DNA of 64,000 nucleotides from Catajapyx aquilonaris (taxonomy: Eukaryota), in NCBI GenBank assembly GCA_000934665.2, contig JYFJ02001929.1:1-64000 (forward strand), written 5' to 3'. The position numbers and the translations under genes are program-made. The notes below the pieces were generated by a model. The model did no database searches. It worked only from the letters and a program-made list of their open reading frames with translations, and was not told where the DNA came from. Positions 50,290-64,000 of this stretch are shown here, in pieces (the first letter of the stretch is position 1; the number at the start of each line of letters is the position of its first letter).

Positions 50290-53200
50290 CCCAACTGCGG
50301 ATTGGATCGAATTTCATTAACGAGTAGCGCTCAAGTTTTGCGAATCGCGAATCTTCGCAAAAGTTTTCCAAAAGTTGGAAGGTGCATTTCCCTGGCTGGA
50401 AAACAAGCAGCGAGGAAATGCAACCAAGTGTAGCAAAAGCGAGCAAAAGTCCGGCAGTGGAATGAAAATGGGGGGTCCCAGCAGTGTTCCCCCCCCCCCT
50501 TCCCCTCTTTTCCAGCAGGGTTGGAAGAGAGAAGTGGACCGAGCGAGTGATGCTGGGGCTGGACCGAAAAACCTTTCATCTTTTGGCAGCAACGGAACCG
50601 AAAGGATCAGCAACGACTCCAGCTTCCGCTTCCCATCCCAAATCATTGGCTTCCAATTCAAAAGAGACTTAGTTGCTCGACTTACGAGCCGGAACTAATT
50701 GGCTGCTGGACGGAGAAACTTCTGTCTCTGTGACAAAGTGTGAGCAGAATTCAAACAAAAAAAAATCCCTTAATGACTCGTCGTTTCAACGCCAATTAAG
50801 AGTAAAAATTTTCAACTGAGATTCTAAATTATTTGAGATTTTCATATATAAGCTGTGAATATTCGCATAGTCTGACATTTACTTTAAATGTGTTGTTATA
50901 GTGTGTTTAGATTTCAATCACATCCACAGACTGTTGCACGCGATTTTCAGAGCGAAAGCGCTTGGCAGTTCCATTTAATTAATGTTGGTGAATGAACGGA
51001 GCAATATGCATGATTAAATCTGTACAGTGCAACCTACCTGTACGACCAGTTCATTTCAGTATTGCGAGCAATTAGTTCTTGGAGTGAAGACCATTTACAT
51101 TAAGGTTGGTATCCATTAAAGACATCACAATTAGAAGGTGTATATGTATGTTTTTTAAATGATTTATTTAGGACCGTCTCTGTATTGCTGTGCCAGTTAC
51201 AGTCATAGCCCATTAATGTGCCATTTTAATATGCATTGAAACTGAAGAAGAAAAGCAAACGTCTCGGATTACGACCTTCTTTACGGCAGTTCATTTCTTC
51301 TGCCCCGGGAAAACAATGGTGCTAAAGAAACCCTATGTCTTCAGTAATTAAAAGAAAACATGGGCTGACCGCAATACGAAAGTCATCATTGGTACCATCA
51401 GCTTGGAGCAGTTTCGATTGTGAACCAAGCTAGATGAGAGAGGAAAAAAATAAGAGTTCTCTGCAGGAAGGAGCGTCATTCGGATTGAACACTTGGAGAG
51501 TAATGTGGGCACTTCGGAGCATCGAGAGAGAAACGTCCCTTAAAATACCGCTTAATTACTCTATTACCATCCAGTCGTTTACGCGGATTTAAGGAGGCAA
51601 AAATGGCTCCATTCAATCCAACTTAATTGCTCCTATGCGCCACTCTCTTTTTTATATTATATATTTTTTCTCTGGGAGTCTCCGATTTATAGCTGATTTA
51701 ATCGCCACCAGTTAACGTCCTGGAAATCCATAAAATCACTGAATTTGTTGGGTCACATATTCACACTCTAATGACCTTCACTTTTACATTTAGCAAAACT
51801 TGGCAACACTGCCTTGCCCACACTGGATATGTAGTACCACATGCCTCACATACATGGCACATCCTTCCTCTCTGAACAAAATAAGAAAATTTTATGCTCA
51901 TTACATAAGAGGTACGTTTTATGAATCTGTTCAGTACTTAATATGCATAAAGTGAAGGAATCAATAAGCCTGGTTTTCCCTTCATCAGCAGTTGTTGCAA
52001 TCTAACTTAGAAAGATCCTCTGATTGAAAGTGCTTTTTTTATTCAAATAAAGGGGAAACCGGCAGACAGCGGTGTACTTAAAGGTCGAGGTATACGTTAG
52101 CAGCAAAGTTCTTCGCATAGTATAACGAAGGCCTCAAGCAAAATCCTTTCTAGAGATAAGCCGTCAAAGACAGTCAAAATTTGGGCAGACATAACTAATA
52201 TTCTTATAAGGTTGTTCCAACCACCGCAGGCCAAAATAATAAAGCTATTTTAAAAAATTTATTGTAATTTCGTAATTTTCCATAACTTTTGCTAGAATAT
52301 TTTACTAACGAGAAACCTCAAACTGAGCTTCTGAGTTTGTTCTGGTCCAGATATATTCCTCTTTCCAAAATCCCATGGCCAAGTCTTCCTGGCGGCCACA
52401 ATGCAACTGGAATGTCAATGGCTCAGAGGTCCACACACCAAGGAAGCCCACGACTCCCTTCCACTATGGAAACCTGCAAAAACCCGCACCATAAGTACGC
52501 CCGAGGGAGAGCTAAAAATCAACAAGAGTTTCGGGAGGGTTATGGCATTCACTTTGAAACTTTTCATTCCGATACGGTTTTTTTTTGCAAAAAAATAAGA
52601 CCAAGTTTTAGATGTAGCAGATCTGCACGTGAAAAATAAATCCAGAAGAATCCACTGTGCATTACAGATTATTACATATCTTCCAGCATGTTGAATCCTA
52701 CATACAACGGAATGAAATTTTCTGACATACTTTCCATAAAATTAAAAGGATTTTACTGTATGTGTTTTAGTCACATTGAGATCAACTATCAGATGATGAA
52801 ACTAACAAAGTGAAAGCAAAAACAATCGATTTGTTAAGTCCTCTGTTAGTAATCCAATAATAACATTAGGTTCCAATTATTATTTTAATGGAATTAAGCA
52901 AACGAGAGGACTGACTCGTCCCTTGCACACGACAAGTTCAATGCAGGTCTGACAAATCCTTGTCTTTTCTGACTCGAATGTCAATTACCACTTCCCTTTC
53001 ATGCCATTCCGGATGACAGCAGGCGAATGTTGAGTAAATGAGGTGTAAATAAGCGAACCCCCCCGTCAGCATTTCCATGCGTTGAAGAGCACTTGTACGT
53101 TGATAAAATTTGAAATTGCGAACTTTCATTTCCAAAAAAAAACCCGCACACATAATGCAAGGTATGTGAGAGCATAAATATTCCAGCAGGCGTTAACCAG

Positions 53201-56200
53201 CTCAGAAGCTCAAAATTTACGACATCTCCTGAATCGTCAACCGCGAGGTGACGAATTACATGAGCTCGTAATTAAGCCATAAAATGGGATATAGAAGGGA
53301 GTGGCATAGAACAGACCAGTGTAGGCCCCAGAAGTTCATTATCGGCATTGCCATGAAATATACAGGTCCGTAAATTATATTAAGGCTCGCAGTGTACATT
53401 ACGGTTTCAAAAAAAAATTGTATAAATCAGAGGGCTATCGATTACGTTGCTGTATAAAGCTTCGAACGTGTGGATTTCACGTTCATTTTTCAGCAGCCCC
53501 GTCATTGAAAAATTATCGCTTCACACGTAAATCCATTCCCCCTTCACATAATCACCTTCACAATGCCATTAGAAGAGGCGACATTGCCTTTTATAGCCCA
53601 AGCGGCAAAATGATAAACATGTTAAGTTTGGAGCGATTAAAACCCTAAAATGAAGCTTCTACTTCTACAGAAAAAAATAGTCTTGTTTACCTCACGCAAC
53701 TCAGGATTTTACCACACTGTTTCACGCCTTGTCCATTAGAGAAACTTTACGACCGCTTTTCGTCCGGGTGTTTAATAACTTTGTACCTGCTGTTATAGCA
53801 TGGAAATGGTACGTCACGCTGCAATTAAAAAGCGTTTAGTGGCTGGCTGGGATCTCCTCGCTTCAGCTACCAACCGGCTTAATTTCCTCACCGACAACCA
53901 GCCAGATGAAGCCATTTACACTTCCTAGAACCAGCTTCCGAGAGCATTTTGGTAAGGTTAAGAAGGCCAGGTTTATTAAGAGGTCTCCACACGCACTCTT
54001 ACGTCAGAAATTAATTACGATCCGATTGCAATTTATCCAGTAAGTACTGCTGTCAACAACTTGCTTCACCTCCATTATAAAGAGGAAAAAACATTTGTGA
54101 TAATGCGTTTGGCGCCTTTACAAAAACAAGGATGATGAGTTCTCTTCTATAGTGATCCGAGAAAACAAAAATTGCAAAAGTTTCTCACAAAATGAAGCAA
54201 AAGGGATTAGCTTTTCACGTAAATGTTATAAAAACGATCGATGCTTTAATTAAAGCCCTAGGAGCAACTTTTTCCCCTCCCATTCCCAAATTATTCAAGA
54301 GCAATTTCAAGCCAAGCTCCAATCGTTGCTGGAAAAGGTGGCAAAGGCAAAAAAAACGGTTTACTAACTTGGCTTAAACAACATGTTAACATTGATAATT
54401 TTATCAGTTAGTATTACCGTTAGTATTATAATTTCAATGACTTTATTTCCATTGGACTTGCCAAAAAAGTAGCCAATATCGTTCCCTAAGGTGAAATCAA
54501 TACCCAGTGGAAATGGGTGTGGAAGAGAGCGATCCACTTAACCCACCCTTCTACACCCCAATCCCTGCTTGAAATTTAATGTGTCCAGTGGACTTGGACC
54601 TTTCATCTCTTCCCCCATGCTTCTGATGTCATTTTTCGGACACTCAATCGGAGTCAGGGGCTGTCTGGCCGCAGGATAACAGTCTCAACAATTTTTATTG
54701 AACAAAAGGTCTCCTTTCATCCTCCCCATTTGCACAAGAAGACAACCCGGGCCCCTTCAACAATCCAACCCAATCACTCTCCATAATCCAGCTGGGGGTC
54801 CAAATCAGCAAAAGTGTTATTTCCAAGCCCTAGAAGCTGGGGGAGAGGAAGAAGCGCGGTAAAATCAAATAAAAGGCAAGCTTTGATCTTGTCCCACAGA
54901 AAAAGAGAAGGCTTTTTCACTCTTCATTCTGTATATCTAGCTGTGTGATCCTATGTTTGTGAGTCACGTGCTGAGAGTCAGATATTGCTTCTGAAATAGA
55001 GGCTGTTGAGGCAAAGCTGAACTTATGGCACACCTTGTATATCACGTAGCAGCGATTGGTAGAAAATAAATCCTTGCTAATGGAAACTGCCAGCAACCTT
55101 GGTCCCAATCCCAAGGGCATCGATTCCCCCAATTAATGGGATTGGGCTTGGTGTATATATGGGCCAATGGGCGTGGGAATAATATTATAGGAAACAGACT
55201 GAAGGAGACAGACAAACGGCCATCTTTTAATTACAACCCAGATTATTAATATCGGGTGAGCAACAAAGGTGTTTTCAGCTACAAAGTAACCAAAGTAAGT
55301 TGATGGAATGTTGATCTTTCCCTTTAACGCAACAACCAGATCTAAGAGGGGATGATCAAAGAGACCTCAAAAGCGAAAACATAATTAGTTTCAGATGAAA
55401 TTCCAATTTGTGGTGTGCCTTAGAAAAGCCAGGATTATCCTTCAGTCCTACCTGCACCTCCTATTATTCATTCAGTCCACATTTTTTTTCGCCAAGCAAG
55501 AAAATCTATCCACCGAAAACAAGAGCGATTTGTTCGGCAATCCCTTTTCCATCAAAGCCCTAACCGTACACCCAAATTGTTATTTTATCCCCTTCGAACA
55601 TCGTTGTATGTTGTGCGTGTGTGTACACATTGGGAGAAAACTCCCCAAAGGCTGATGCTCACCCACTATGAACCGGAGCATTATTCATGCAATGATCCTC
55701 TTTGTACTGTCCATATTTGATTGTGTGTTGTTTGTCTTTGTTTGAATAACTGATGCGGTCTGTTTCTCCCTTCGGGTTACACCCGAATTCTGTCGACTGT
55801 GTGTCCAGTATGGGGCAAACAGCGCATTATTGCATTTTATTCTCAATTTTGGACCATGTTTAAAATATCTTTCATGTCCTTCTCTCCAAGTGTTTGTATA
55901 CTTGTACAATGCAGTGGGTTTCTGAGTGACAATGAACAGAATAAAGTGTCACCAGCACCAGTTAGAGAAGGTGGTGGACGGAACAAGGTGGTAATTGACC
56001 CGTCAGTGGACTCAACATATCTGACCGCGACCAATTAACACCGCCATAATTAAATCTCAGTAATGTCTGGCATGTCTAGAGATTTTTTTGTGGATATGTC
56101 GCCTCAAAAAAATGAAGGCTCTTTCTCTCGCTTTAGAAAAAAAAGCGTGAATATATCTCCTGAAAAGCGAAGCAGGCAGCATGAAGGAGATGATGTCAAT

Positions 56201-59200
56201 TACAACCCATTATAAGCTGAGAGAGACCCGTCTTTGCCACGAACACTCGCCAATTTCCGACGAAGGTTTATCAAGGCTCTGACGCTAATGACTTTTTTTT
56301 TCTCTCGCTCGCTCGTCGCAAGAAATCCGTTGCGTCAACTGTGCAAGAAGTCTGTTGATTAGCTCTCGCTTCCGCCTTGGAACTTGATCTGCCTTGTTCA
56401 GAATCACATGCTTTACATTCGTATAAAAACTGTTCTAATTATTCACATTTTTTCCTTGCCTACCCTTACCATACCTTACTTAACCTTCCCTAACCTAATC
56501 TGACCTAACCTAACCTAACCTAACCTAACCTGACGTAACCCTAACCTTTGAACCTAACCACAGGAAAATTATTAACTAGATTTTAGTAGCCTACAGTACT
56601 TGGATCAAATAAGTGCAGACATCTAATGCTGTATTTCTTACTTGAAAATATTTCTGCATTCATGTAGATCACGTACAGGCAAAGGAGGAATGGCGCATTG
56701 AGGTGTTATGTGGCGGTTGATGAAGCCTGGTTCTACCTCGTGCAATATTATTCAGTTGGAGGCTCCGGAATCTCCCTCGGATATGAGCATACCCGGAATT
56801 CCAGAGTGAGACACGACAACTTTCTCACCCCCCACCCTTATACTTGCAGGGACCTTTCCCAGGGGTCTCTTTTTCGCCAAAAATATATTCTCATACTCTG
56901 GAGGGGAAGTCCAAGGTGAAGGCAATATAAATACAACCCACCCCTAGAGGCCTCTGGAATATGAGGCTGCTGTGGTCTGACCTTACCCTTGTTTAGGAGA
57001 TGTTTAAAGCCGGACAAGATTGTGATTAAATCCAGTATTTTTCCTACACGAAGCGAGCAACATCGATCATGCAAATGAGGTTTAATGTGAAGCGGATATA
57101 ACGGATTTCGCTTATGGAATATTAAGCCATGTAATTTTCACTCGAATAATTTTCTCTATACTACTAGGGAAAAGTGCATTGACTAAAGAAAAATGACAGA
57201 AGCTCTAGTTTGAAATGTTGATCAGTTTTTGATCGATAGTTGTTGCGAGGCTGATAATGTCGAGTGGTGAGAGCATTGCACTCAACCAGAGCACGCGAGA
57301 GACCTCAAAACAATCATATTGTTCGCTCTCGCAGGGCTTTATAAATGAGCGGTTGACCGCAACAAAAGAGCATTTGTGTCATTATTAAGCTTTTCCTATA
57401 GCCAACTGCGATATAGAGGACTGAAATCAGCTCTATCAGATGTGGTCGCATGGCTTTTCATAATAATCCGCAATTTTTGATGGCCTCGAAACATTGACGA
57501 AAATTCCGGGACTGTGCGTTGAAACAATGGAAAAAATTAACTCCACTTCCAGATAACATGCGTTATCGCATCAATGTGACCATTTCGCTGGACCTTAATT
57601 GCCGTGCAGAACATTATGCAATGGTTGCGGCTAATTGCTGATGCAAGAAAATGTGGGAATAATCGCAATTAATCATAACAAATGTATAGTTTCGCACCGA
57701 TTGTGTGTTACATTTCAGTTGCTGATTTCTCCTCATTAAATTAATGATTGGAGAGGCTCAATATTTTTTTATTGCGTGAAATAGCATATTAACACCACAA
57801 TAATTAATTCAAATATTAATTTCTTCACTTTCTCTGCTCATCTTTAGAGTCTCACGTGCCATTGACTCTCGCTTGCCATTTGCAAGGTACAGCCTGAGCC
57901 AAGAGAAAAGGAGGCTGCATTACGCCGGATTAGTTCCGCAGTTGGTTTGAAAAGGAGCCAACATTTCTTGTGACGGGTTGGTGGGGGAAGGGGATGGAGA
58001 GGAAAAGGGGTTGAAAGGGAGAGGGAAAGAAGTGGTATCAAGGCGAATCATTATTGATCCTCCATAAGAAGAAGAAAGTTGAGGGGAGTTGGGGGGAGGC
58101 CAGATTTTCCAGAGCAACTGGAGCATGCGAAACATCCTTCTCTTTTTTTCTGACTCACTAAAAATGTGCAGAGTCCATGTCGCATATTGTATAATGGGCA
58201 TGTAATTCAAGGAAGATCGTAAATTATTGTGACAGTTTAGTAACAGTACTGTTGTAATATGTCGTTAAAAAATGTGTTTAAAGCTGGCTTTGAAGGGTAT
58301 GCAACTCTGTGTGGAAAGGGTGGAGCCTGGTGATGGGGGGCCCGGAGTCTCATTCGTGGGACTGAATCCGGGCAGGGCACAGGCGCAGGTTTTAGGCGGA
58401 AGGGTAGGAGGTGGATGGGGTGGGCCTAAAAATATTAGGCCCTTTACTGGTCTGGGTTTCGGTTCGCCTGGCAGAGGCACGTGGGACGGATAGGAACCAT
58501 GAGCCATGCCGTTGCCCAGGGGCCACGGGGCGGGCCTCCTCGCCCTCACAGCCCTATTCTTCTGCCTCGGGGCCGCCCCTGTGCTGGCCCTGCCACCGGT
58601 CATCAAGATAGGTCAGTAAATGGCTTCTGTGCATTAATTTTGGGGTTAGCATATTAATAGCAATATTAACATATTTTTAAACCATACACGCAATAAAGCC
58701 ATCCCACATTAAGAGCAATGAATATGCCAAATGAATTATTGGATTCCAATTTAATCCACTTATTGATCATAGATTGGCACAGTCCAAAATGACAGTTGGT
58801 CACTGCAAATAATTATGCTAGTTATCCACAAGAGCATTTTGTTTCATTACATCTTATTAGTGTGGTTTGGAATGGAACGTAATTACTTAATTACTTCGCG
58901 TATGCCACAAATGTGAGTGACTCTTCAGCAAATTTCGATGACCGGATAGGAATCACAGCCATTTACAGCTGTTGCGATTATTGACAATGATTCCGTCAGT
59001 TTAGTACTTAAAAAACTAGATGTAATTTGTCTCACTTTTCGGCATATAAAAGCCTCTCCCGGCAACTGCAATGTCCAAGGCAATAAAGGCATGTGACAGT
59101 CTATGACCGGATATTTACCTTTCTGGCTGCGAGGTTTGATTAGGAAACCAGATGCGATACTGGGGGACCAAAAAGGCCGGAAAGAGTAATTCCGGACAGA

Positions 59201-62200
59201 GAATGAATTCTTGTGGGAATTCCTCGGGTGCTCATTTACAAAAGAGACTGAACCGCGTCGGTTTATTTACTCGTGCCATAAAGCAAGCGCTTATAAAGCC
59301 CCCCCCCCTGCGGTTCCCAGCTCTACAATTACACAGATAGGAAGCTTAAAAATGGTTCAGAGAGGCCGATAGAGCCAGACTTTACAGCCCTAAAATTATA
59401 CTGGGACCAGTGTCGGCAACAACACTTACTTCCGACTCACTACGCAATCTAATGGATTGTTCGAATCGTTTTTGAAACATCCTGTAGCTTTGTAGCAGCA
59501 TTTATTGAGCGTACGACCTGCCTCTCTGAGCAGACAGAATGATCATTACGCACTTGGTCATTTCCATAAGCAAACCATCCTCGGTGGGCATCACTCTTGA
59601 AACAAAATGTCAGTCCTACTCTCAGCTTGCAAAATCTCGAATTTGCATACAGAGCCTGGATGCGAATTCCGATTTTATACGATCAGTAGGGGTTTTTTTT
59701 GGGGGGGGGGGGGGTGGAAAGTACGAGGAGGCCACAAATCCTGGTCGTGACCGTTTATGCCGAGTCCTTCTCGTAACATTATTCAGGCTTTCAAAAATAC
59801 ATAGAGTGGTGGAAAAAATGAAGAGAAAAAAGAGAGAGAAAAAATGAAAGGAAGAGAGAACCGCCATTTTCACTTAAGAGTGACCCTGACATCACCAGTC
59901 AATACCTCTTTTTCTCTCTCTCTGAACTAGGTCTGACTGCTCTTTTCAGATTTGAAGAAGACAAAAAAAAAATGGAGGCAAGAGAGAGACAGGCCTACCT
60001 TTTGTGCTAGTCCATCAGACGGAAACTTGGGGCTATTCTCAGGCACGAACAGGACCTGGGAACATAAGATTTGTCTTAGTTTCTTCCACACGAAAAATCA
60101 CTGACTTATAGACTTTGGTCACGTCACATTCCTTTGCTATAATAAATTGTGTAAAGCAAAGAACTACTGTCCGCATCAAACCAAAAATGCTTGGATTTCA
60201 GCTTATTAATGACATGGAAAGAAGCTACTAATTGTAGAGAAGTTGGTTTGAATGAACTGTTGGAAAGTCGTATGTCCCTGGGCTTAGCTCCCTCCAAATT
60301 CGGGGCTTAGAAGGCGCTTTAATTCCGAACATCACCGCTGGTTCTCTCCCGCGATCTTCATCTAATCTTGGCCCCAAAACTCTCCTCTGCTTGATGTTAA
60401 AGAGCAAATCCCTCCGGAACCTCCCCTGAATTCGGATGGACCTTCTTGCCCTGTCCCTCAACCCACTTCTCTCAGGAAGGGACAATTCAAAGGTCAGATT
60501 TCCAGACCTCTGTAATCGTTTATTATACAACGAACAGAAGCTCCTGACATGATAATCCCTTCCAAGTTTGGGCAGATGAGCAACAAATATTCCGAACCGA
60601 GCGGATTAATCATTAACTGCTGGCGGAAGTTGAGTCATCAAGGCCCTCGTCTTAATATACTTGCCCATCAAAATGAGAGCCAGGATTCCTTTAATTACCA
60701 TAATAAGCCGACTTTGCAGCCAGGAGCAGAAATGGAGGGTTATAAATCGCAAGGACAATTATTGTCTGCAGGGTATTTCATACTTATTCCTCGAAACGCT
60801 TTGATACACCCTGTAGGCACCCCCCAAAAATGTCTGCACCTCCCAATCCATCAGTTAGAAAAATGGAATCGGGATCAATCAGCGTTCAATCCACATCAGA
60901 AACGAGGATGGGTCCAATAATTTATTCGGCGTCATCCTCTCTTTCTATCCAGGAGAGCGTTTACCCGATGGAAAGCTGTCTTTATAAATCAGTGTGATCC
61001 AAAAGAGAAGGTTGTGTGACTGGTCCTCCTCTTGCTTCCTCCACATTCATGGCTCCAAGCCAGATTTCGAAGGGGGACCCAACTGGCGCCGACTGGAGTA
61101 CCAGAAACAACCTACTCCAACAATAGTCACTGACCTACCCGAATCTAAAGCATTTTGCTCCTTTACAATTTGTAGATTTGGATGTGGTAATCCACATGTC
61201 CTGAAAAAGAGGCTGTTCACACTTCTTTTTTTTCTGAGCAGTTAGCTCGTCATTAATCCCAGTGCCTTAAGCCTTCATCCCTCTTAAGACAGTTTGCGCT
61301 CCTTCAAACGGCGAGGCAAAGAAATGCGAGAAGAATCCCCGAGAAAATCCCTCAAGTGGCGTGCATCATCCCTTACATAAATCCCCCACTGCAGACTGGT
61401 GCAAGTGAGAGCCACAAATGGTTTCAAATCTAAGATCAAAATTAATCACAAGCTATAGAGAATTGACTCTTTTTTTCACTTCCAATTATTTAAAATGTAT
61501 CCTGTGTGTAAAGTAACAAAGTTTTCACCATGACAATACTCAGCTAGTGCTCCTAATTCTATATTAAAATTTGCATATATTATGGACGTCAAAATGTTTC
61601 CCATTACTATAAGCTGAGTTCTTCTCTATTCCCCAACCTACAATGCAAGTTAGAAGCATAAAACGAGCCCTCTTTTGATTGGACGAGTCTTCTTATTTTT
61701 CAGCCCTTATTCTACGCGGGTATGCCTTACAATGAATGATGCCATCACCTCGTTTTGCACCAAGTGTAAATTGTTCCAGGAGAAAACGTGGTTCAAATAT
61801 CATCCAGAAATGAGATACACAAGCTCAGGCAGTACATTTTCCTCCAGGGATATACGCCGTTTTCTAAGTCTCAGAAAAAAAAAACTAGCTCAAATATTGC
61901 CCGTTTCGTCCATGCAGAATTGGGCATAAATCGAGGCTTCCCTTGCTTCATTTTCGCACTAATTATTATCTGGCGAGTTTCAACTATGCTAAAAACTGGG
62001 AGGAAGGGAATGGGTTGTATAATTGGGTGGAAAAAAGAGAGGAAGTTGTTCGATAATCCCTCAGGCATTATTCAGCCTTGCAATTTGTAAAAGTACGCCG
62101 CCTGCTTATTTTAATGACGAGATTTCAGCTTAAATTAGCTGGTTTCTTCAGAAAGTCAGATTATTATTTCTTAAACGTAAAAAAAGTTGGTTCCTATACT

Positions 62201-64000
62201 TTTATGTGCATTCATAACGCGACACTCAATATGTGGCTTTAAGATCCGCATGCAAATGGCGTTCATTGTTGCGAAGGGTTGTTCCAGCCAAGCATTTATC
62301 ACGTAGCATTACGCACTCATTATAATTAATTCCTTGCTTAAAGCACGTCACCCTGACTTAATGACTTGTCATGCAGGACTCCATCATGTATACGATTCAT
62401 TATTGCGCATCGTGAAGTGACTTCTATTCGGACAGGCAGCATTGTGCCATGGTTACCATTCAAAATCTCAAATTAATCCCTCGTTTAACTGAAATCAATG
62501 TACCTTTTTGGCGACTGGCTTAATTAAACGGTCAAGATCGGATCGCACATTATTTTTTGAGTCGGACCTTGATCGACAACCACGACTGGTTTCAATTAGG
62601 TCGTCTAATGCGTTAGGTGCCAAACCCCCTGATATCTGGAGGGGCTCGTTAACTCGTGATTAATGAGCCCCAAGCGTATGCACCTTTCCCATCCATCAAA
62701 CTCATCCCTGTGACTCAAGTGTCGAGCAATCCTGCCCTAGGTGGTTTCAGGATTGAAAATCAAATATTGCCTAGTCTCAGCTTCCAGTCTCCAAATGTTT
62801 GTTCCCAGTTTTTTTAAAAAAAAAAAGTTGACCCGAGCAAATGTAACGACTTTTTTTTTTGTCCAGACCATGATTCACACACACTGCGACAATGGGAACT
62901 GGTGACAGGTTTGGAGGGGGGGGGGGGGGAAAAAGGTCGCAAAAATTACGATGGGGGAATTTCGGGGGGAGTAATTTTCAAAAAAATTAAGATTTATGCA
63001 CCCGGTGCTGTTGTTTGTCTGATGCTTTTATGGCAAGTTTATAGTCTCCGGGAAGGATAGCCCTGTCCTGTCAGACGCCTTCCAGCCAACATAAATTATG
63101 GAAAATGTTCCAGGCCTGAACCCCATATCACTTTCCAGCACCTATGAAGAGTTAATAATCTGCACTTTTGATAATTGCAATTCGCAGCTCGAACTTATTG
63201 TCGGACACGAAATAATAAAAACGGCGGGGATTTGTAGGAATTAACTCTGCCCGCTAATGAATGCCTGTGTTAATTACACCCGTGCGGCTGTTCCTGGGCA
63301 GCGGAATAGTCGGACTTAATCAGAGGTTCTGAATAGGACCACTCCATAAAATGTACAGTGCTGTGGAAACCTGAAGATTAAAAAATATATACAGTTTGAA
63401 TATGCGGATTGGACAAGAAACCAGGTTTCATTCGGATGTGAAGTGCGTCATATTCCATCAGGATGAATTTTGAGCTATTGAAACAAATATTTACCGTTCC
63501 TGCAAGTGACAGGCGGCCCCCACACAATATCACTTCCATGTAGTCCGAAACGATGACAAATTTTGGTCCTAAGAGACGCATCAGTTCTGGCAAAAAAAGT
63601 GATGAGAAGAAGGGTGCATTTGACATGCCAAACAAGACACGAACAAGTGTGTCTGGAAGGTGGCGGGGAAGATCTGGCTTCTGTCACGTAGCTAAATGAT
63701 CAATAGTTGGCTGATGTAATGCGTTGCTGCTTAGACAGAGAAGGATGTCAAATGTACCTCTTGTTCCTGCTGAAATTTCAGGACAGTCAAATTCAAAGAA
63801 GTTCAGGGATAATACGTCACATCCAGAAGCTTGAAAAGAAACGCAACTTTGCTCAGTCATAAACGCCATGTCATTTTTCAGACCTTTTTTTTTTTTGGCA
63901 CTGGAGTCCGTGAGGTGACAGAAAAATGGGGTAGGAAGATGCGGGAAGGCGGTGACAAATGGGTGGAAAGGACCGCTCGACCCCAACCCAGATCGAGGAC
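50290..64000. repeat. Right arm of the inverted duplication (truncated by the window end)
   Basis: Same block pairs as the left arm in strict mirror order. The ORF track independently shows duplicated peptides on opposite strands (e.g. 11137+ vs 57920-, 8455+ vs 60228-, 10148+ vs 58265-, 8076- vs 60549+). Confidence 0.95.
56480..56559 (-). repeat. Interstitial (TTAGG)n / (CCTAA)n degenerate array
   Basis: cctaacctaacctaacctaacctaacc core with degenerate flanks; TTAGG is the canonical arthropod telomere repeat. Confidence 0.85.

Noticed and set aside
3828..64000. Giant transposon with long TIRs carrying the receptor gene as cargo
   Set aside because: The arms are patchy with unalignable spacers rather than uniformly similar, no transposase or integrase is visible, and the ends and TSDs are not in the window

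Overview
Eukaryotic DNA, most likely arthropod (GT-AG introns as short as 55 nt, TTAGG-type repeats, an arthropod-type glutamate receptor). One protein-coding gene is supported: a + strand kainate-type ionotropic glutamate receptor, hand-spliced from ATG 24784 to TGA 49356. It has 17 coding exons per isoform and encodes 938 or 947 aa. Its M1-M2 pore exon is present in two tandem copies (46647-46904 and 47053-47337) that look mutually exclusive. One copy encodes Arg and the other Gln at the Q/R site, so splicing could set what vertebrates set by A-to-I editing. The gene is single-copy here and lies in the ~29 kb spacer of a very large, old inverted duplication. About 20 colinear non-coding blocks in ~3.8-21.5 kb recur as reverse complements, in mirror order, in ~50.3-64 kb, and the match runs off the right edge. 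Blocks range from ~99% identical to barely alignable and are separated by unalignable spacers. Also present are two long intronic hairpins flanking one exon, short CAGGGTG-ended MITE-like elements and TTAGG-like arrays. All alignments and splice models were done by eye, so block edges are approximate.
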